Positions 27,752-38,696 of a DNA stretch of 64,000 nucleotides are shown piece by piece; the first letter of the stretch is position 1, and each line of letters opens with the position of its first letter. Made by a program: the position numbers and the translations under genes. The notes below the pieces were generated by a model. That model worked only from the letters and a program-made list of their open reading frames with translations, was not told the origin of the DNA and ran no database searches. This DNA is from Patescibacteria group bacterium (GTDB lineage: Bacteria > Patescibacteriota > JABMPQ01), in NCBI GenBank assembly GCA_041749335.1, contig JBGTBM010000010.1, forward strand, positions 68,533 through 132,532, given 5' to 3'.

Positions 27752-29710
27752 TTATTTTTCTTTTTTATTATTATAATACCAGTTTAATATTTCTCCAGCG
27801 ATTGGGACAGCAATGTCGCTTCCTTCTCCTCCTTCTTCCACCAAAACGGTTATTACAATCTCGGGATTTTCATAAGGAGCAAAGGATGTGTACCAAGCAT
27901 GATGATCTTCTTCGCTGCCGGAATGTTGAGCGGTACCAGTTTTACCGGCGTTTGAAATCGGTAAAGTACCTAGCATTCTAGCGCTTCCCGAAAGTACCGT
28001 TTCCCTCATTCCACGTCTGGCGATATCAACGCTATTATCACTAACAAAATTTTCCCTGATAATCTTTGGCACAATTTCTTTAACATTACCGTTTTTTTCA
28101 ATTATTTTTTTTACTACGTGCGGCTGATATATCGTACCCCCATTGGCAATCGTCGCAGTCCATAAAGCAACTTGTATCGGAGTAGTTAAAACATCCCCCT
28201 GGCCAATCGCCATGTGATAAGTATCCCCCAAATACCATTGCTCGCCGATATTTTTTTCTTTCCACTCCGGATTGGGAATTAATCCATCCTTTTCTCCCGG
28301 GATATCAATTCCGGTTTTTTCACCTAAATTAAATTTATGATAGTATTCACCTAATTTTTCTACTCCTAGACCCTCCATGTCTTCAAATCCTCCCCCCACT
28401 TCATAAAAATAAATATCTGATGATTTCGCTATTGCGCTAAAAATATTCATTGGCCCCAATCCGGCTAAATCCCATCCGACAAACTTATAGACAATATCCG
28501 GATTATATTTATGGGGCACTGATATTGAGCCGGTATCATTTATAATTGTATCAGCGGTCACCACTCCTTCATCAAGAGCGGCAATTGCCACTACTGGCTT
28601 AATTGTAGATCCGGGAGGATATAATCCGCTTACAGCTCGATTAAACAATGGTTTGTCTTGATCATTTGTTAAGCTTGAATATTGTTCGTCTGATATGCCT
28701 TGAGCAAATAAATTATTATCATATTGCGGCATGTTAACCAATGCTATAATTTCACCCGAATTCGGATCCATAGCCACAACTACTGCGCGATTGGTTTTTA
28801 CTGTCAATAATTTGCTTTGAACAATCTCACTAATTTTATTTTGCATTTCTTGATCAATAGATAAGATCAAATCTTTACCAGCTTCCGGCTGATTAACCGC
28901 CACCACTTCTTTAATCTTGCCCTTTGAATCAACTTCTACTTGCTCGCGACCCACCCGGCCCCGCATTTCACTTTCATAATAATATTCCAAACCATTTTTA
29001 CCAACCCAATCATTAAACAAATATTCATTTTGGTCCAGTTGCTCCATTTCTTTTTCAGTCGTTTTGCCAGTATATCCAATCAAGTGAGCAAAATTTTTAG
29101 AATCTTGGTATTCCCTGATTGCGTTAATTTCAATGTTCACACCCGGCATATGATTAAGATCTATCATTAACTGCAATGCTTGATCTCTATCAATATTTCT
29201 TTTAAATGTTATTGAATTATAACTCCTCGTCTGTTCGCTTGCTAAAATATTATTTAATTCTTCATCGCTTATAGCCACTTGATCGCGTAAACTTAATATT
29301 AAGTTTTTCTTTTCTTCTTCATCTTTCGGTAAATCGGCCGGTATCAAAACTATATCAAAACTGGGAACATTTCTTATGAGTATATTTTTATTTCGATCAT
29401 ATATAATTCCACGACTTGGCCTTTTAACATGTATACGATATCTATTTTCCTCTGCCGCCTCCTGAAATTCTTCACCGGTAATAATTTGCATATGAAATAA
29501 ACGCCCACCGAATAATATAAAAATAATAAATAATATATAAGAAAGCCATTTAAATTTCTTGTAGTTAAATAGCGGCTTGATCGTTTTTACTTCCTGGGTT
29601 TCACCCTTGCCCTTAATCAACGCCTCATCCCAATCCTCCTCAAACTCATCCTGCACTTCTTTAAATTCACGACCCTCTATACTGTCCAATTCAAATGGGT
29701 TATTTTTCAT
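27752..29710 (-). CDS. mrdA: penicillin-binding protein 2
   Basis: RGIIYDRN, PGSTIK (SxxK), SSD, GKTGTA; follows mreBCD. Confidence 0.95.
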   Translation of the reverse strand: MKNNPFELDSIEGREFKEVQDEFEEDWDEALIKGKGETQEVKTIKPLFNYKKFKWLSYILFIIFILFGGRLFHMQIITGEEFQEAAEENRYRIHVKRPSRGIIYDRNKNILIRNVPSFDIVLIPADLPKDEEEKKNLILSLRDQVAISDEELNNILASEQTRSYNSITFKRNIDRDQALQLMIDLNHMPGVNIEINAIREYQDSKNFAHLIGYTGKTTEKEMEQLDQNEYLFNDWVGKNGLEYYYESEMRGRVGREQVEVDSKGKIKEVVAVNQPEAGKDLILSIDQEMQNKISEIVQSKLLTVKTNRAVVVAMDPNSGEIIALVNMPQYDNNLFAQGISDEQYSSLTNDQDKPLFNRAVSGLYPPGSTIKPVVAIAALDEGVVTADTIINDTGSISVPHKYNPDIVYKFVGWDLAGLGPMNIFSAIAKSSDIYFYEVGGGFEDMEGLGVEKLGEYYHKFNLGEKTGIDIPGEKDGLIPNPEWKEKNIGEQWYLGDTYHMAIGQGDVLTTPIQVALWTATIANGGTIYQPHVVKKIIEKNGNVKEIVPKIIRENFVSDNSVDIARRGMRETVLSGSARMLGTLPISNAGKTGTAQHSGSEEDHHAWYTSFAPYENPEIVITVLVEEGGEGSDIAVPIAGEILNWYYNNKKEK

Positions 29711-30240
29711 AGTAATCTAGTCTCCAATTTTTTTTCCACTCTTATCAGCCATTCATTAAAATAACCGATAAGAGGGAATATCACTATTATCAAAATTGAA
29801 TTAATCGCAGTGCTAGCGGCTACTATCAATATGATTCTCCAGTTAATATGCAATAAATTATCTGATAATTTCATTAAATCAAACAAAACGGAAAAAATTA
29901 TTAAAGTAATATAATATGTTAAGGACGCTATTCCTGCCAAAAGTATTTTTGAGTATACTTTCCCAAATTCCAGCGAGAATGATATTAAATATATAACCAG
30001 TACGGTAGCTATTAAACTAATCGCGCTTAAACCAAAACTTTTTGCCGAAAATAAATCCAACATAAAACCGCCAGCGACCGACCAAATGCATGCCTCTAAA
30101 TAATTCTCCAACAAACAAAAACTTACCACTATAACCAAAAATAATTCTGGGAAAATTCCCCAGACTGACACATTGGGAAATACCGCCGTTTGTATAATAA
30201 CCGCCAAAAATAATAAAATAATTAATACTAGCCTTTTCAT
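29707..30240 (-). CDS. mreD: rod shape protein MreD
   Basis: Multi-TM, PEL...GFMLDLFS...FG; between mreC and mrdA. Confidence 0.88.
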   Translation of the reverse strand: MKRLVLIILLFLAVIIQTAVFPNVSVWGIFPELFLVIVVSFCLLENYLEACIWSVAGGFMLDLFSAKSFGLSAISLIATVLVIYLISFSLEFGKVYSKILLAGIASLTYYITLIIFSVLFDLMKLSDNLLHINWRIILIVAASTAINSILIIVIFPLIGYFNEWLIRVEKKLETRLL

Positions 30241-31047
30241 TTAATTTTTTACCACAAATACTATTTTTAAATCCTGAAAATTTATCAACGGTTTAATTCT
30301 GGCTTTTTGAAACAATTCGTTATCGGCGTTAGCAACGCTCTCCACTTCACCGATAAGCAGATCTTTAGGAAATTTTTCTCCCAGGCCGGAAGTCGTCACT
30401 AAATCTCCTTTTTTAATCACCTTATTCTGTGGAATTAAATCCATAATTATAGCAAGATTATGCTCACCACTAACTATTCCGGTTGCCCCCGAGTCAATAA
30501 TTTCTGCATTTATTTTACTGCGTGAATCGATTGTTAAAATTACAGTCGAATTATAATCGCTTGCCTCATAAATCTGACCAACCAATATTCCATCGGCAAC
30601 GATAACCGGCATTCCCTTATCTACTCCATCTTTTTCCCCTTTGTCTATACCAAAAGAAGCATAAAGATTTGAAGGATCTTTTTCTACTATATAGGATGAA
30701 ATTAATATTTCTTTGTTTTCTTTAACAAAGCCGAGCTGATCTCTTAACGTTTTATTTTCATTTTCTAATTGCTTCATCTTGGACCGCTCCACATATAACT
30801 CTTGTACCTTGCTTTTTAGCTTATTATTTTCCGACTCAAGATCGCGAATAGACACTATTAATCCAAAAAATTCTGATACGCTTTTTGTCTTATCATAAAA
30901 ATAAGACTGCATTGGCGATAAAGCAGCCTTTATATATCCTTCAATTGGTTTAGTAATTCCGGCAATATGAAACACAACCAGTAAAACAATTATAACAATG
31001 CTGGCAATAAATATATATAAGTTGTTATTTGATGTTTTAAGAGTCAT
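30241..31047 (-). CDS. mreC: rod shape protein MreC
   Basis: TM, coiled coil, IDKG..DGV..GMPV, TSGLG..FPK.L.IG. Confidence 0.95.
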   Translation of the reverse strand: MTLKTSNNNLYIFIASIVIIVLLVVFHIAGITKPIEGYIKAALSPMQSYFYDKTKSVSEFFGLIVSIRDLESENNKLKSKVQELYVERSKMKQLENENKTLRDQLGFVKENKEILISSYIVEKDPSNLYASFGIDKGEKDGVDKGMPVIVADGILVGQIYEASDYNSTVILTIDSRSKINAEIIDSGATGIVSGEHNLAIIMDLIPQNKVIKKGDLVTTSGLGEKFPKDLLIGEVESVANADNELFQKARIKPLINFQDLKIVFVVKN

Positions 31048-31055
31048 TTCCGATA

Positions 31056-32114
31056 TTATTTCGGTACTATTTCATCTCCCATAGTAACCAAAACATCTTT
31101 TAAATTATCAATATCTTCTAATATCACTCCAGTGCCTCTTACTACACAGGTCAACGGATCATTGGCTAAATATACTGGCATTAAGGTTTGTTCCGAAATT
31201 AACTTATCCAGACCTCTCAATAAACTTCCTCCTCCCGCTATAATTATTCCCTTTTTCATAATATCTGATAACAATTCCGGAGGAGTCTCCTCAATGGTCA
31301 TTTTTACATTATCTACAATATGGTATACCGATCTGGAAATTGCCTTACGCACATCTTCATCATTGACTTTAATTTCTTTTGGCAATCCAGTAATTAAATC
31401 TCTACCCCTCATTGAAGTTTCTAGCGGCTCTTTTAATTTACACGCAGATCCAATAGCTATCTTTATTTCTTCTGCTGTTCTTTCACCTAGTAATATATTA
31501 AATTCTTCTCGCGCATATTGAATAATATTTTCGTTCATTTCATCCCCGGCAATCCTTAAGGATTTTGAAGTCACAATTCCGCCCAAAGATATTACTGCGA
31601 TTTCTGTCGTCCCTCCCCCAATGTCAACTATCATGCTTCCAGCCGCGTCCTGTATGGGCAAGCGAGCGCCGATAGCCGCAGCCATGGGTTCTTCTACCAA
31701 AAACGTCTGCCTAGCGCCTGCATTCTTTGCCGCATCTTCTACAGCCTTTTTTTCCACCTCAGTTACGCCAGAAGGAATACCGATTACTACTCTAGGGCGT
31801 GGAAATATAGTAAATCCCCCTTGATGAACTTTTTCGATAAAATATTTAAGCATTTGTTCAGTAGTTTCAAAATCTGAAACAACGCCATCTACCAAGGGGC
31901 GAGAGACAATAATATGAGAAGGTGTTTTCCCAACCATTTTTCGTGCTTCACTGCCAATTGCCAAAATCTGTCCGGTTCTTTTATTAATCGCCACTACTGA
32001 AGGCTCATTGATGACAATGCCTTCATCCTTTGTATAAACCAAGGTATTGGCGGTTCCCAAATCAATCCCAATATCCTTAGAAAATCTTCCCAATATATTA
32101 TTTAAAATTGACAT
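31056..32114 (-). CDS. mreB: rod shape-determining actin MreB (operonic copy)
   Basis: GIDLGTANT, EPSVVA, EPMAAAIGA, DIGGGTTE. Confidence 0.97.
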   Translation of the reverse strand: MSILNNILGRFSKDIGIDLGTANTLVYTKDEGIVINEPSVVAINKRTGQILAIGSEARKMVGKTPSHIIVSRPLVDGVVSDFETTEQMLKYFIEKVHQGGFTIFPRPRVVIGIPSGVTEVEKKAVEDAAKNAGARQTFLVEEPMAAAIGARLPIQDAAGSMIVDIGGGTTEIAVISLGGIVTSKSLRIAGDEMNENIIQYAREEFNILLGERTAEEIKIAIGSACKLKEPLETSMRGRDLITGLPKEIKVNDEDVRKAISRSVYHIVDNVKMTIEETPPELLSDIMKKGIIIAGGGSLLRGLDKLISEQTLMPVYLANDPLTCVVRGTGVILEDIDNLKDVLVTMGDEIVPK

Positions 32115-32127
32115 ATCTTATTTATTC

Positions 32128-33396
32128 TTAGTCTTGATAAAATTCTTGAACTACCTTGAGTAAATCTTTTATTCCAATGACTACAATTTCCCGGGTATCT
32201 CGATATTTGATTTCACACTTTCCCAAGTTAAGATTTTTTTCTCCTAAAATCAATTGAATCGGTATACCAATAAGATCTGCATCATAAAACTTTTCACCTG
32301 CACGAATTTCACGTCGGTCATCATATAATACCTCTATTCCATTTTCTTGTAAAGTGTTATATATTTCTTCAGCTTTCGCTGTAACAGCTTTGTTTTTTGA
32401 AAATATTTCTAACAAATGTATTTGATATGGAGTTATCTCTTTTGGCCAAATTATTCCTTGATCGTCATTTCTTACTTCCACAACGGTGCCCATTAACCGA
32501 CCCGGTCCAATTCCATAAGCGCCCATAATTACCGGCTTTTTTTGCCCATCCTTATCAATAAAATTCAATTCAAGCGGTTCGGAAAACCTGGCTTGCTGCT
32601 TAAAAATATTTCCTACTTCAATAGATTTTTTCTCTACTAAATTTTTTCTGTTCAAGCCGATATCATCTAACACTTCGTCCGTCATTACTTCCTTATTAAC
32701 CGCTAATTTTCTATTTTCATCCAAATAAATTATATCTTCCCCGGCATCAGAGATTGTTTGAAATTCATGCGAATATTTTGAAAATGTCCCACCGGATGCA
32801 AATGTCAGATAGGTAATTTTTCCGATTCCACATTTTTGAAAAATATTTATATAAGCCTGTTTAGCTTTTTCATAAAATAAATCCAGTTCTTCCCTTGAAG
32901 ACGTAAAGGAATATAAATCTTTCATTAAAAACTCACGAGCGCGCATAATGCCGCTTTTAGCTCTTTTTTCATTTCTAAATTTTGTTTGAATTTGATAAAT
33001 ATAAAGCGGCAGATCTTTATATGAACTAATATAATTTTTCATTAATCTCGCCAAAGGTTCTTCGTGAGTAAATCCCAAACCCAATTCGGACTTATTTTTT
33101 AATTTCGTTTTAAACCAATTATCTACTATCTGGTCGCTCCAGCGATTGGTTTTTTCCCAAATAGTTTTATCCTGCAGAGAAGACATAAATATCTCTTGCC
33201 CGCCAATTTGATTGATCTCTTCACGAATTATACCATTGATTTTATTCATTACCCTAAGCCCCAAAGACAGCAAATCATATACGCCCGCCATTTCTTTATA
33301 AATAAAACCGGCGCGCATCAATAATTGAGCATTTTTGCTTATTTCATCACTGGAAATATCTTTTTTAGTTTTTGTAAACAAAATACTTTGCTTCAC
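32128..33396 (-). CDS. proS: proline-tRNA ligase, short form without INS editing domain
   Basis: THEE, QTKFRNEKRAKSGIMRAREF.MKD.YSF, IEVGNIF, MGAYGIG, anticodon-binding domain YDDR; GTG start at 33396 just after the rseP stop. Confidence 0.94.
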   Translation of the reverse strand: MKQSILFTKTKKDISSDEISKNAQLLMRAGFIYKEMAGVYDLLSLGLRVMNKINGIIREEINQIGGQEIFMSSLQDKTIWEKTNRWSDQIVDNWFKTKLKNKSELGLGFTHEEPLARLMKNYISSYKDLPLYIYQIQTKFRNEKRAKSGIMRAREFLMKDLYSFTSSREELDLFYEKAKQAYINIFQKCGIGKITYLTFASGGTFSKYSHEFQTISDAGEDIIYLDENRKLAVNKEVMTDEVLDDIGLNRKNLVEKKSIEVGNIFKQQARFSEPLELNFIDKDGQKKPVIMGAYGIGPGRLMGTVVEVRNDDQGIIWPKEITPYQIHLLEIFSKNKAVTAKAEEIYNTLQENGIEVLYDDRREIRAGEKFYDADLIGIPIQLILGEKNLNLGKCEIKYRDTREIVVIGIKDLLKVVQEFYQD

Positions 33397-33398
33397 TT

Positions 33399-34502
33399 TT
33401 ATCCTCTTAGCCTTTCCCAAAAATTTATAAATATATCTTTAAATTTAAAAATGTCTCTAAAGGTTACCAATATCATCAATGCAATCAATATAACAAATCC
33501 GGCCGCATGAATCATGTTCTCAGTTTTCTTTTTTACTTTTTTTCCTCTAATTTTTTCTAATATTAAGAACATCATCCGTCCGCCATCAAGAGCCGGAAAG
33601 GGCAAAAAATTCAAAATAGCTAAATTTATGCTAAGAATAGCAGTAAATTGCAAAATATAGACAAAACCCAACTTAGCCATTTGACCGGTCATAACCGCTA
33701 TTCCAACCGGTCCGGCCAAACCCTCAGATACTCCCTGCCCCATAAAAATATTTTTTAATATTCCAGCAAAGGCCACGATAATCGCTATTAGCATAGAAAA
33801 AGTTGCTTCAATGCCCTTCCAAATGGAAATGTGCCAGGGGTATGACACTATGCCGGTTTTTACTAACGCTATACCTGTCGCCCCCTCTCCTTCCGGAGGA
33901 TCTATTCTGGGTTTTAAAGTTAAATTTATAATTTCCTCTCCTCTTGATATTTTTACTGCAAGCTCTTTGCCCAATGAGCTATTAATTGAATCCTGGACTT
34001 GTTCAACGCTTTCAACCGGTATATCGGCAATTTCTAATATGCTATCTCCTATTATAACGCCAGCTTCTTGCGCCGGAGAGCCTTCACTGATATTTATTAT
34101 TTGCACTTTTTCATCCCTAACATTAACCTTTTCCGGACTATCCACCACAGTTGGAATCCCGACCTTGAAACAAATTATAAATAAAAAAATAGCCAGCACG
34201 ATATTCATAACCACACCGGCGGAAATAACAGCCGCCCTTATACCTACGCTCCGGCTCGCAAAACTCTTTGGGTCATCAACTTTCTCGCCGTCTTCGCCAA
34301 GTATTCTTACAAATCCGCCAATCGGCAATAAATTTATTGAATAAGTAGTATCTCCCCTCTTGATGCCAAATAATTTTGGTGGAAAGCCAAACCCAAATTC
34401 TTCTACTTTCATTCCACTTTTTTTAGCAACAATAAAATGGCCGAATTCATGTACAAATATCAATAAACCCAAAACTAATATAAAAATTATTACTGTAATC
34501 AT
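33399..34502 (-). CDS. rseP: RIP metalloprotease RseP
   Basis: HEFGH, PDZ domain, NFLPFPALDGG. Confidence 0.96.
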   Translation of the reverse strand: MITVIIFILVLGLLIFVHEFGHFIVAKKSGMKVEEFGFGFPPKLFGIKRGDTTYSINLLPIGGFVRILGEDGEKVDDPKSFASRSVGIRAAVISAGVVMNIVLAIFLFIICFKVGIPTVVDSPEKVNVRDEKVQIINISEGSPAQEAGVIIGDSILEIADIPVESVEQVQDSINSSLGKELAVKISRGEEIINLTLKPRIDPPEGEGATGIALVKTGIVSYPWHISIWKGIEATFSMLIAIIVAFAGILKNIFMGQGVSEGLAGPVGIAVMTGQMAKLGFVYILQFTAILSINLAILNFLPFPALDGGRMMFLILEKIRGKKVKKKTENMIHAAGFVILIALMILVTFRDIFKFKDIFINFWERLRG

Positions 34503-34506
34503 AGAT

Positions 34507-35064
34507 TTATATTTTCATTAATTCATTTTCTTTTTTTTCTTCTAATTCTTTAACCGAATTATTGAATTCTCCGATAATTTTATCTAGCTCTTCTTGCGCC
34601 TTATATTTATCATCTTCAGTAATTATACTTTCTCCTTCCAAATCCTTAATTTCTTTCCAAGCCTTTTCTCTAATATTTCTAATGGCGATACGCGCCTCCT
34701 CTGCTTTTTGACCAATCATTTTAACCAACTCTTTTCTTCTGTCTTCCGTCAATTCAGGCATAACTATTCGAATAATATCTTTATCTACATTAGCGTTGAT
34801 TCCCAAATCCGAAGCATTAATCGTTCCTTCTATGGCTTTAACGGAATTTTTGTCATATGGCTGAATAATAAAAATTCTGGGCTCGGGAATATTGATAGTA
34901 GCCAGCTGCAATAAGGGAGTTTTAGTTCCATAATAGTCTATCATTAGATTTTCGATCATGGCTGGATTCGCCTTACCTGCTTTGAGTTTTACAAACTCGT
35001 CTTTCAAATATTTAAGCGCGCTCGACATTTCATCCTTGGCAACGCTAATCTTTTCTTGATACAT
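34507..35064 (-). CDS. frr: ribosome recycling factor
   Basis: GKANP, DYYG, PELTEDRRKEL, AIRNIR. Confidence 0.96.
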   Translation of the reverse strand: MYQEKISVAKDEMSSALKYLKDEFVKLKAGKANPAMIENLMIDYYGTKTPLLQLATINIPEPRIFIIQPYDKNSVKAIEGTINASDLGINANVDKDIIRIVMPELTEDRRKELVKMIGQKAEEARIAIRNIREKAWKEIKDLEGESIITEDDKYKAQEELDKIIGEFNNSVKELEEKKENELMKI

Positions 35065-35073
35065 ATATTTTTA

Positions 35074-36105
35074 TTATTTAATAAGTTTAATGCCAGTATA
35101 AATAATTGAATCTTCTGAAGCTTGCGCGTTAATATTGGCGATACTTCCAGTCGTGAATTGCTTAACAGACCAATTAATTCCGCCGTCTTCCGAAACATAT
35201 AAATTTGAGCCAAATCCAAAGTAAATAATATTGGGATTAATCTGATCTAGTGCAATATGTGAATAAATTCGATTTTCCGGCTTAGCTAAAAGATTTACTT
35301 CTTGCCATTTTTTTCCACCATCTTCTGACACCAATAATCCAAAATCTGAGCTGATATATACGATATTGGCAAACTTGGGATGGATCGCCATATCGTGAAA
35401 TTCTCTGAAATCATAGTTTTTAAATCCTTTGCTTATATCTACAAATGTTTTTCCTGCGTCCGAACTTTTAAATAATTCTTTCAAAGTAAACAAATATATC
35501 ACTCTGCTGTCTTGCGGATTTATCAAAACCTTATTTACCGGATCTTCAAACTTTTTTACCGCAACCCAGCTGCGGCCGCTATCTTTACTCTTTATCAATG
35601 CACCGCTAGTGGTAGCAGCATATATTACCCTAGGATCATACCAATCTATCTCAATGCTATACACAGGAGTATCATTTTTGATTTCAGAAAATACCTCCTC
35701 CCAATTATTTCCAGCATCTGAACTTTTATAAATTTTACCGATTGTATTATAACTGCCTGCCGCATATATCAAGGCATTATCTTCCGGATTTATTGCTATT
35801 GAGTTAATGTTTCCAAAATTAAGGGCGGTTCCCGTCCAAACATTGCCTCCATCCGCACTGCGATAAACACCGAAGTCATCAGTCCCGGCTAAAATCAAGT
35901 TATTGTCTGTCTTGTCCACCTCTATTTCATTAACACTGACTTTTGCTATATCGTTTTTGTTATCAATTTTCACCTTTTGTTCCCAAGTATCACCACCGTC
36001 ATTAGATTTATAAACTCCTCCATCAGATGGTTTTTTATTCCCACAGGAAAATCCCAAGAAGGGAAAAGTTAGCATTATCAAAAATATTATTATTTTTTTA
36101 TTCAT
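35074..36105 (-). CDS. beta-propeller lipoprotein with BNR/Asp-box repeats (YCF48/VPS10-like)
   Basis: Lipobox-like LGFSC; repeated S.DGG..W motifs. Confidence 0.85.
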   Translation of the reverse strand: MNKKIIIFLIMLTFPFLGFSCGNKKPSDGGVYKSNDGGDTWEQKVKIDNKNDIAKVSVNEIEVDKTDNNLILAGTDDFGVYRSADGGNVWTGTALNFGNINSIAINPEDNALIYAAGSYNTIGKIYKSSDAGNNWEEVFSEIKNDTPVYSIEIDWYDPRVIYAATTSGALIKSKDSGRSWVAVKKFEDPVNKVLINPQDSRVIYLFTLKELFKSSDAGKTFVDISKGFKNYDFREFHDMAIHPKFANIVYISSDFGLLVSEDGGKKWQEVNLLAKPENRIYSHIALDQINPNIIYFGFGSNLYVSEDGGINWSVKQFTTGSIANINAQASEDSIIYTGIKLIK

Positions 36106-37090
36106 GCTTTAATTTTAACATAATATTTTCTAAAACCAGCTTGCGATTAACATTATTTTTAATTGATTCTTTGGCTTTAATGATATTGCTGATCAAGCCA
36201 GCTATCTTATTTAAAGATATTCTGTTTGAATATTTTTTATAATCATTGACTAAATTAGATGCCGAAACAACATTATCCATATTGCCGATTTTGTATAAAT
36301 ATAAATCTCTTAACCATTGTATCAGAATATCCAATTTATCAATTTTATAATTCTCATGATGAGCCCATTCTCCCATACGGGAAAATGATTTATTTAAATT
36401 TGAATCCAGTAATATTTTAATGTCATTTTCTGTTTCCATTATCTCTTCTAAAATATCAGAATCATTCAACATTCTCAAGGCTAATCCCGGCTTGCCAGAG
36501 GCCATTCGGACAATATTATTGACGCTTGTTGAATTAGAAGCCTTGTCTTTCAACCAATTGTAAATATTCTTTTCCGGAACTAGAGAGAAACGATAAAGAG
36601 CGCAGCGCGATATAATAGTCGGCAAAATATTTTCCAGGCTGTCCGCCACCAGAACAAATACCGTTTTACCTTTTGGTTCTTCTAAAAGTTTTAAAATTGC
36701 GTTACCCGCTTCGATGGTAAATTTATCAACTCCGTTAATTAAACAAAATTTATAACCGCCGTACGATTTCAATGATATTTTGTGCTGCAATGACCGAATA
36801 GAGTCAATCTTTATTTTTTCTTTATCCTTATTAATATAAGTAAAATCTGAGTATGCAGTTTCGTCAATTTTTCGACAAATATCGCACTTAAGACATGGTT
36901 TTTCAGGATTTTCGCACATTAAAGTTTTGGCAAAATTAATCGCTGTTTCACTTTTACCAACTGATTCCGGACCAACAAATAAATATGCGTGGCAAATAAA
37001 TTTATTTTTTATATTATTCTGCAGCGCCACAATAATTTTTTCATGGCCGATTATTGGCCAAGATTTATATTTAATATTTTTCTTTGTCAT
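36098..37090 (-). CDS. holB: DNA polymerase III subunit delta'
   Basis: HAYLFVGPESVGK, C..PC..C..C zinc site, NAILKLLEEP, TIISRC. Confidence 0.92.
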   Translation of the reverse strand: MTKKNIKYKSWPIIGHEKIIVALQNNIKNKFICHAYLFVGPESVGKSETAINFAKTLMCENPEKPCLKCDICRKIDETAYSDFTYINKDKEKIKIDSIRSLQHKISLKSYGGYKFCLINGVDKFTIEAGNAILKLLEEPKGKTVFVLVADSLENILPTIISRCALYRFSLVPEKNIYNWLKDKASNSTSVNNIVRMASGKPGLALRMLNDSDILEEIMETENDIKILLDSNLNKSFSRMGEWAHHENYKIDKLDILIQWLRDLYLYKIGNMDNVVSASNLVNDYKKYSNRISLNKIAGLISNIIKAKESIKNNVNRKLVLENIMLKLKHE

Positions 37091-37217
37091 TATTAATAAT
37101 ATATCATAATCTTATGGAACAATCAAACATGCCAGATATTTTATTTTTTATTAAAAATAGACAATATTAATTAAAAAAAGGCTCAATATGTCTACTTTCA
37201 CTTAAACTATTTTTTTG

Positions 37218-38345
37218 TTATGATTTTAGCTTCTCAATCTCTTCCAGTGTTTCCCGAGCACATTTTTCCCAACTAAAATTTTTTACTCTTAATCTTCCCT
37301 GTTCAATTATTTTGTTCCGCTGATTATTATTTTTTACCATTTGTACCATTTTGTTTTTGATATCAGATATGTCTACAGGATTAAAATATAAGGCTGCATT
37401 TGCAGCCACTTCTGGTATAGATGCAGTTCTTGAAGTTAAAATTGGTGTATCGCAGCTCATCGCTTCCAATAATGGAATACCAAAACCCTCATAAAAACTA
37501 GGAAAAACAAAAGCAAAACTGGCATTAAATAAGTACGGCAAATCTTGCTCTGCCACCCAGCCGGTTTCAATAATATCTTTTTCAATATTATACTCCATAA
37601 TAAGCCTTTTTATTTCATCGTAATTATGTCCAGGAGTGCCGGCTAAAACTAACTTATGATTTAAATTGGGATTTTCTTTTTTAAATTTAGCAAAAGCTTT
37701 TATTAGGCCGGGGATATTTTTTTTCTCTTCTAGCCTTCCCACATAGAGAAAAAAGGGGTTCTGGCTATTAATATTGTATTTACCCAAAACTCTTCTTATT
37801 GTATTAATATCATTAATTGGCTTAAAAACTCCGCTATCAAAACCTAAATGAATTACTTTAATAATATCAGGATTGATCTGACAAAGTTCAACCATTTCCT
37901 TTTTACTGAATTCAGAAATTGTCAAAATCTTTTTAGCTTTTTTCAATGCCTGCCTTAAACCAAAGCGATGATATTTCAGTTCCTTTTGAGGATATATCTC
38001 CGGCCTGCGTAAAAAGCCAACATCCATAATGGTTGTAATTGTGTTGTTAGGAGCTACCAAAGGAATAATGTGAGCCGGTACAAATAATATGTCTGGCGGT
38101 TTTATGGCCATTTCCATAGACAATCTAATCATAGTCCAAAGATATTTCGGTGGCCAATTTAGCACCTTTTCCTCAAAATTATCAGGGAGATATTTAAGTT
38201 TATTTTTTAATTTATCCGGAGTATATAAAAAATATCGATTTTTTTGATCGATTTTTGCAAGTTCTAATAATAAATTATAGCTGTACCACTCAGTACCAGT
38301 TTTTGCTTGCTTATTGGCCCGAGAGGCATCAAAACCAATAGTCAT
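37218..38345 (-). CDS. glycosyltransferase family 4
   Basis: GRLEEKKN, FPSFYEGFGIPLLEAM, FSWEKCA. Confidence 0.93.
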   Translation of the reverse strand: MTIGFDASRANKQAKTGTEWYSYNLLLELAKIDQKNRYFLYTPDKLKNKLKYLPDNFEEKVLNWPPKYLWTMIRLSMEMAIKPPDILFVPAHIIPLVAPNNTITTIMDVGFLRRPEIYPQKELKYHRFGLRQALKKAKKILTISEFSKKEMVELCQINPDIIKVIHLGFDSGVFKPINDINTIRRVLGKYNINSQNPFFLYVGRLEEKKNIPGLIKAFAKFKKENPNLNHKLVLAGTPGHNYDEIKRLIMEYNIEKDIIETGWVAEQDLPYLFNASFAFVFPSFYEGFGIPLLEAMSCDTPILTSRTASIPEVAANAALYFNPVDISDIKNKMVQMVKNNNQRNKIIEQGRLRVKNFSWEKCARETLEEIEKLKS

Positions 38346-38369
38346 AATATTATGTAAAAAGGGATGATT

Positions 38370-38636
38370 TCATCCCAAATTAATTTTTTCTTTACAAACA
38401 GAAATGAAAGAACACACAAGAGCTATATTTTCATCTCTATAATTTCTATCTGTTAAAACCGTTATAATATATATTGGCCAAAATAATGTTATTAGAAATA
38501 TACAAAATATTCCAATAAGAATATGTGGATAATTACTTCTCAGCCCAATTATATGTTTACGATATATAAGTAAGAACAAAGCGACTAAAGAAACAGCGAA
38601 TCCAATAGTAAAATACATTATTATAGTTGCTGTCAT
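38370..38636 (-). CDS. small membrane hypothetical protein
   Basis: AGGAGG SD; two TMs. Confidence 0.65.
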   Translation of the reverse strand: MTATIIMYFTIGFAVSLVALFLLIYRKHIIGLRSNYPHILIGIFCIFLITLFWPIYIITVLTDRNYRDENIALVCSFISVCKEKINLG

Positions 38637-38696
38637 TTAATCCTCCTGTTTATATTATGATATCAATACAATTTAAAAGAACCAATAAAGGTAATC

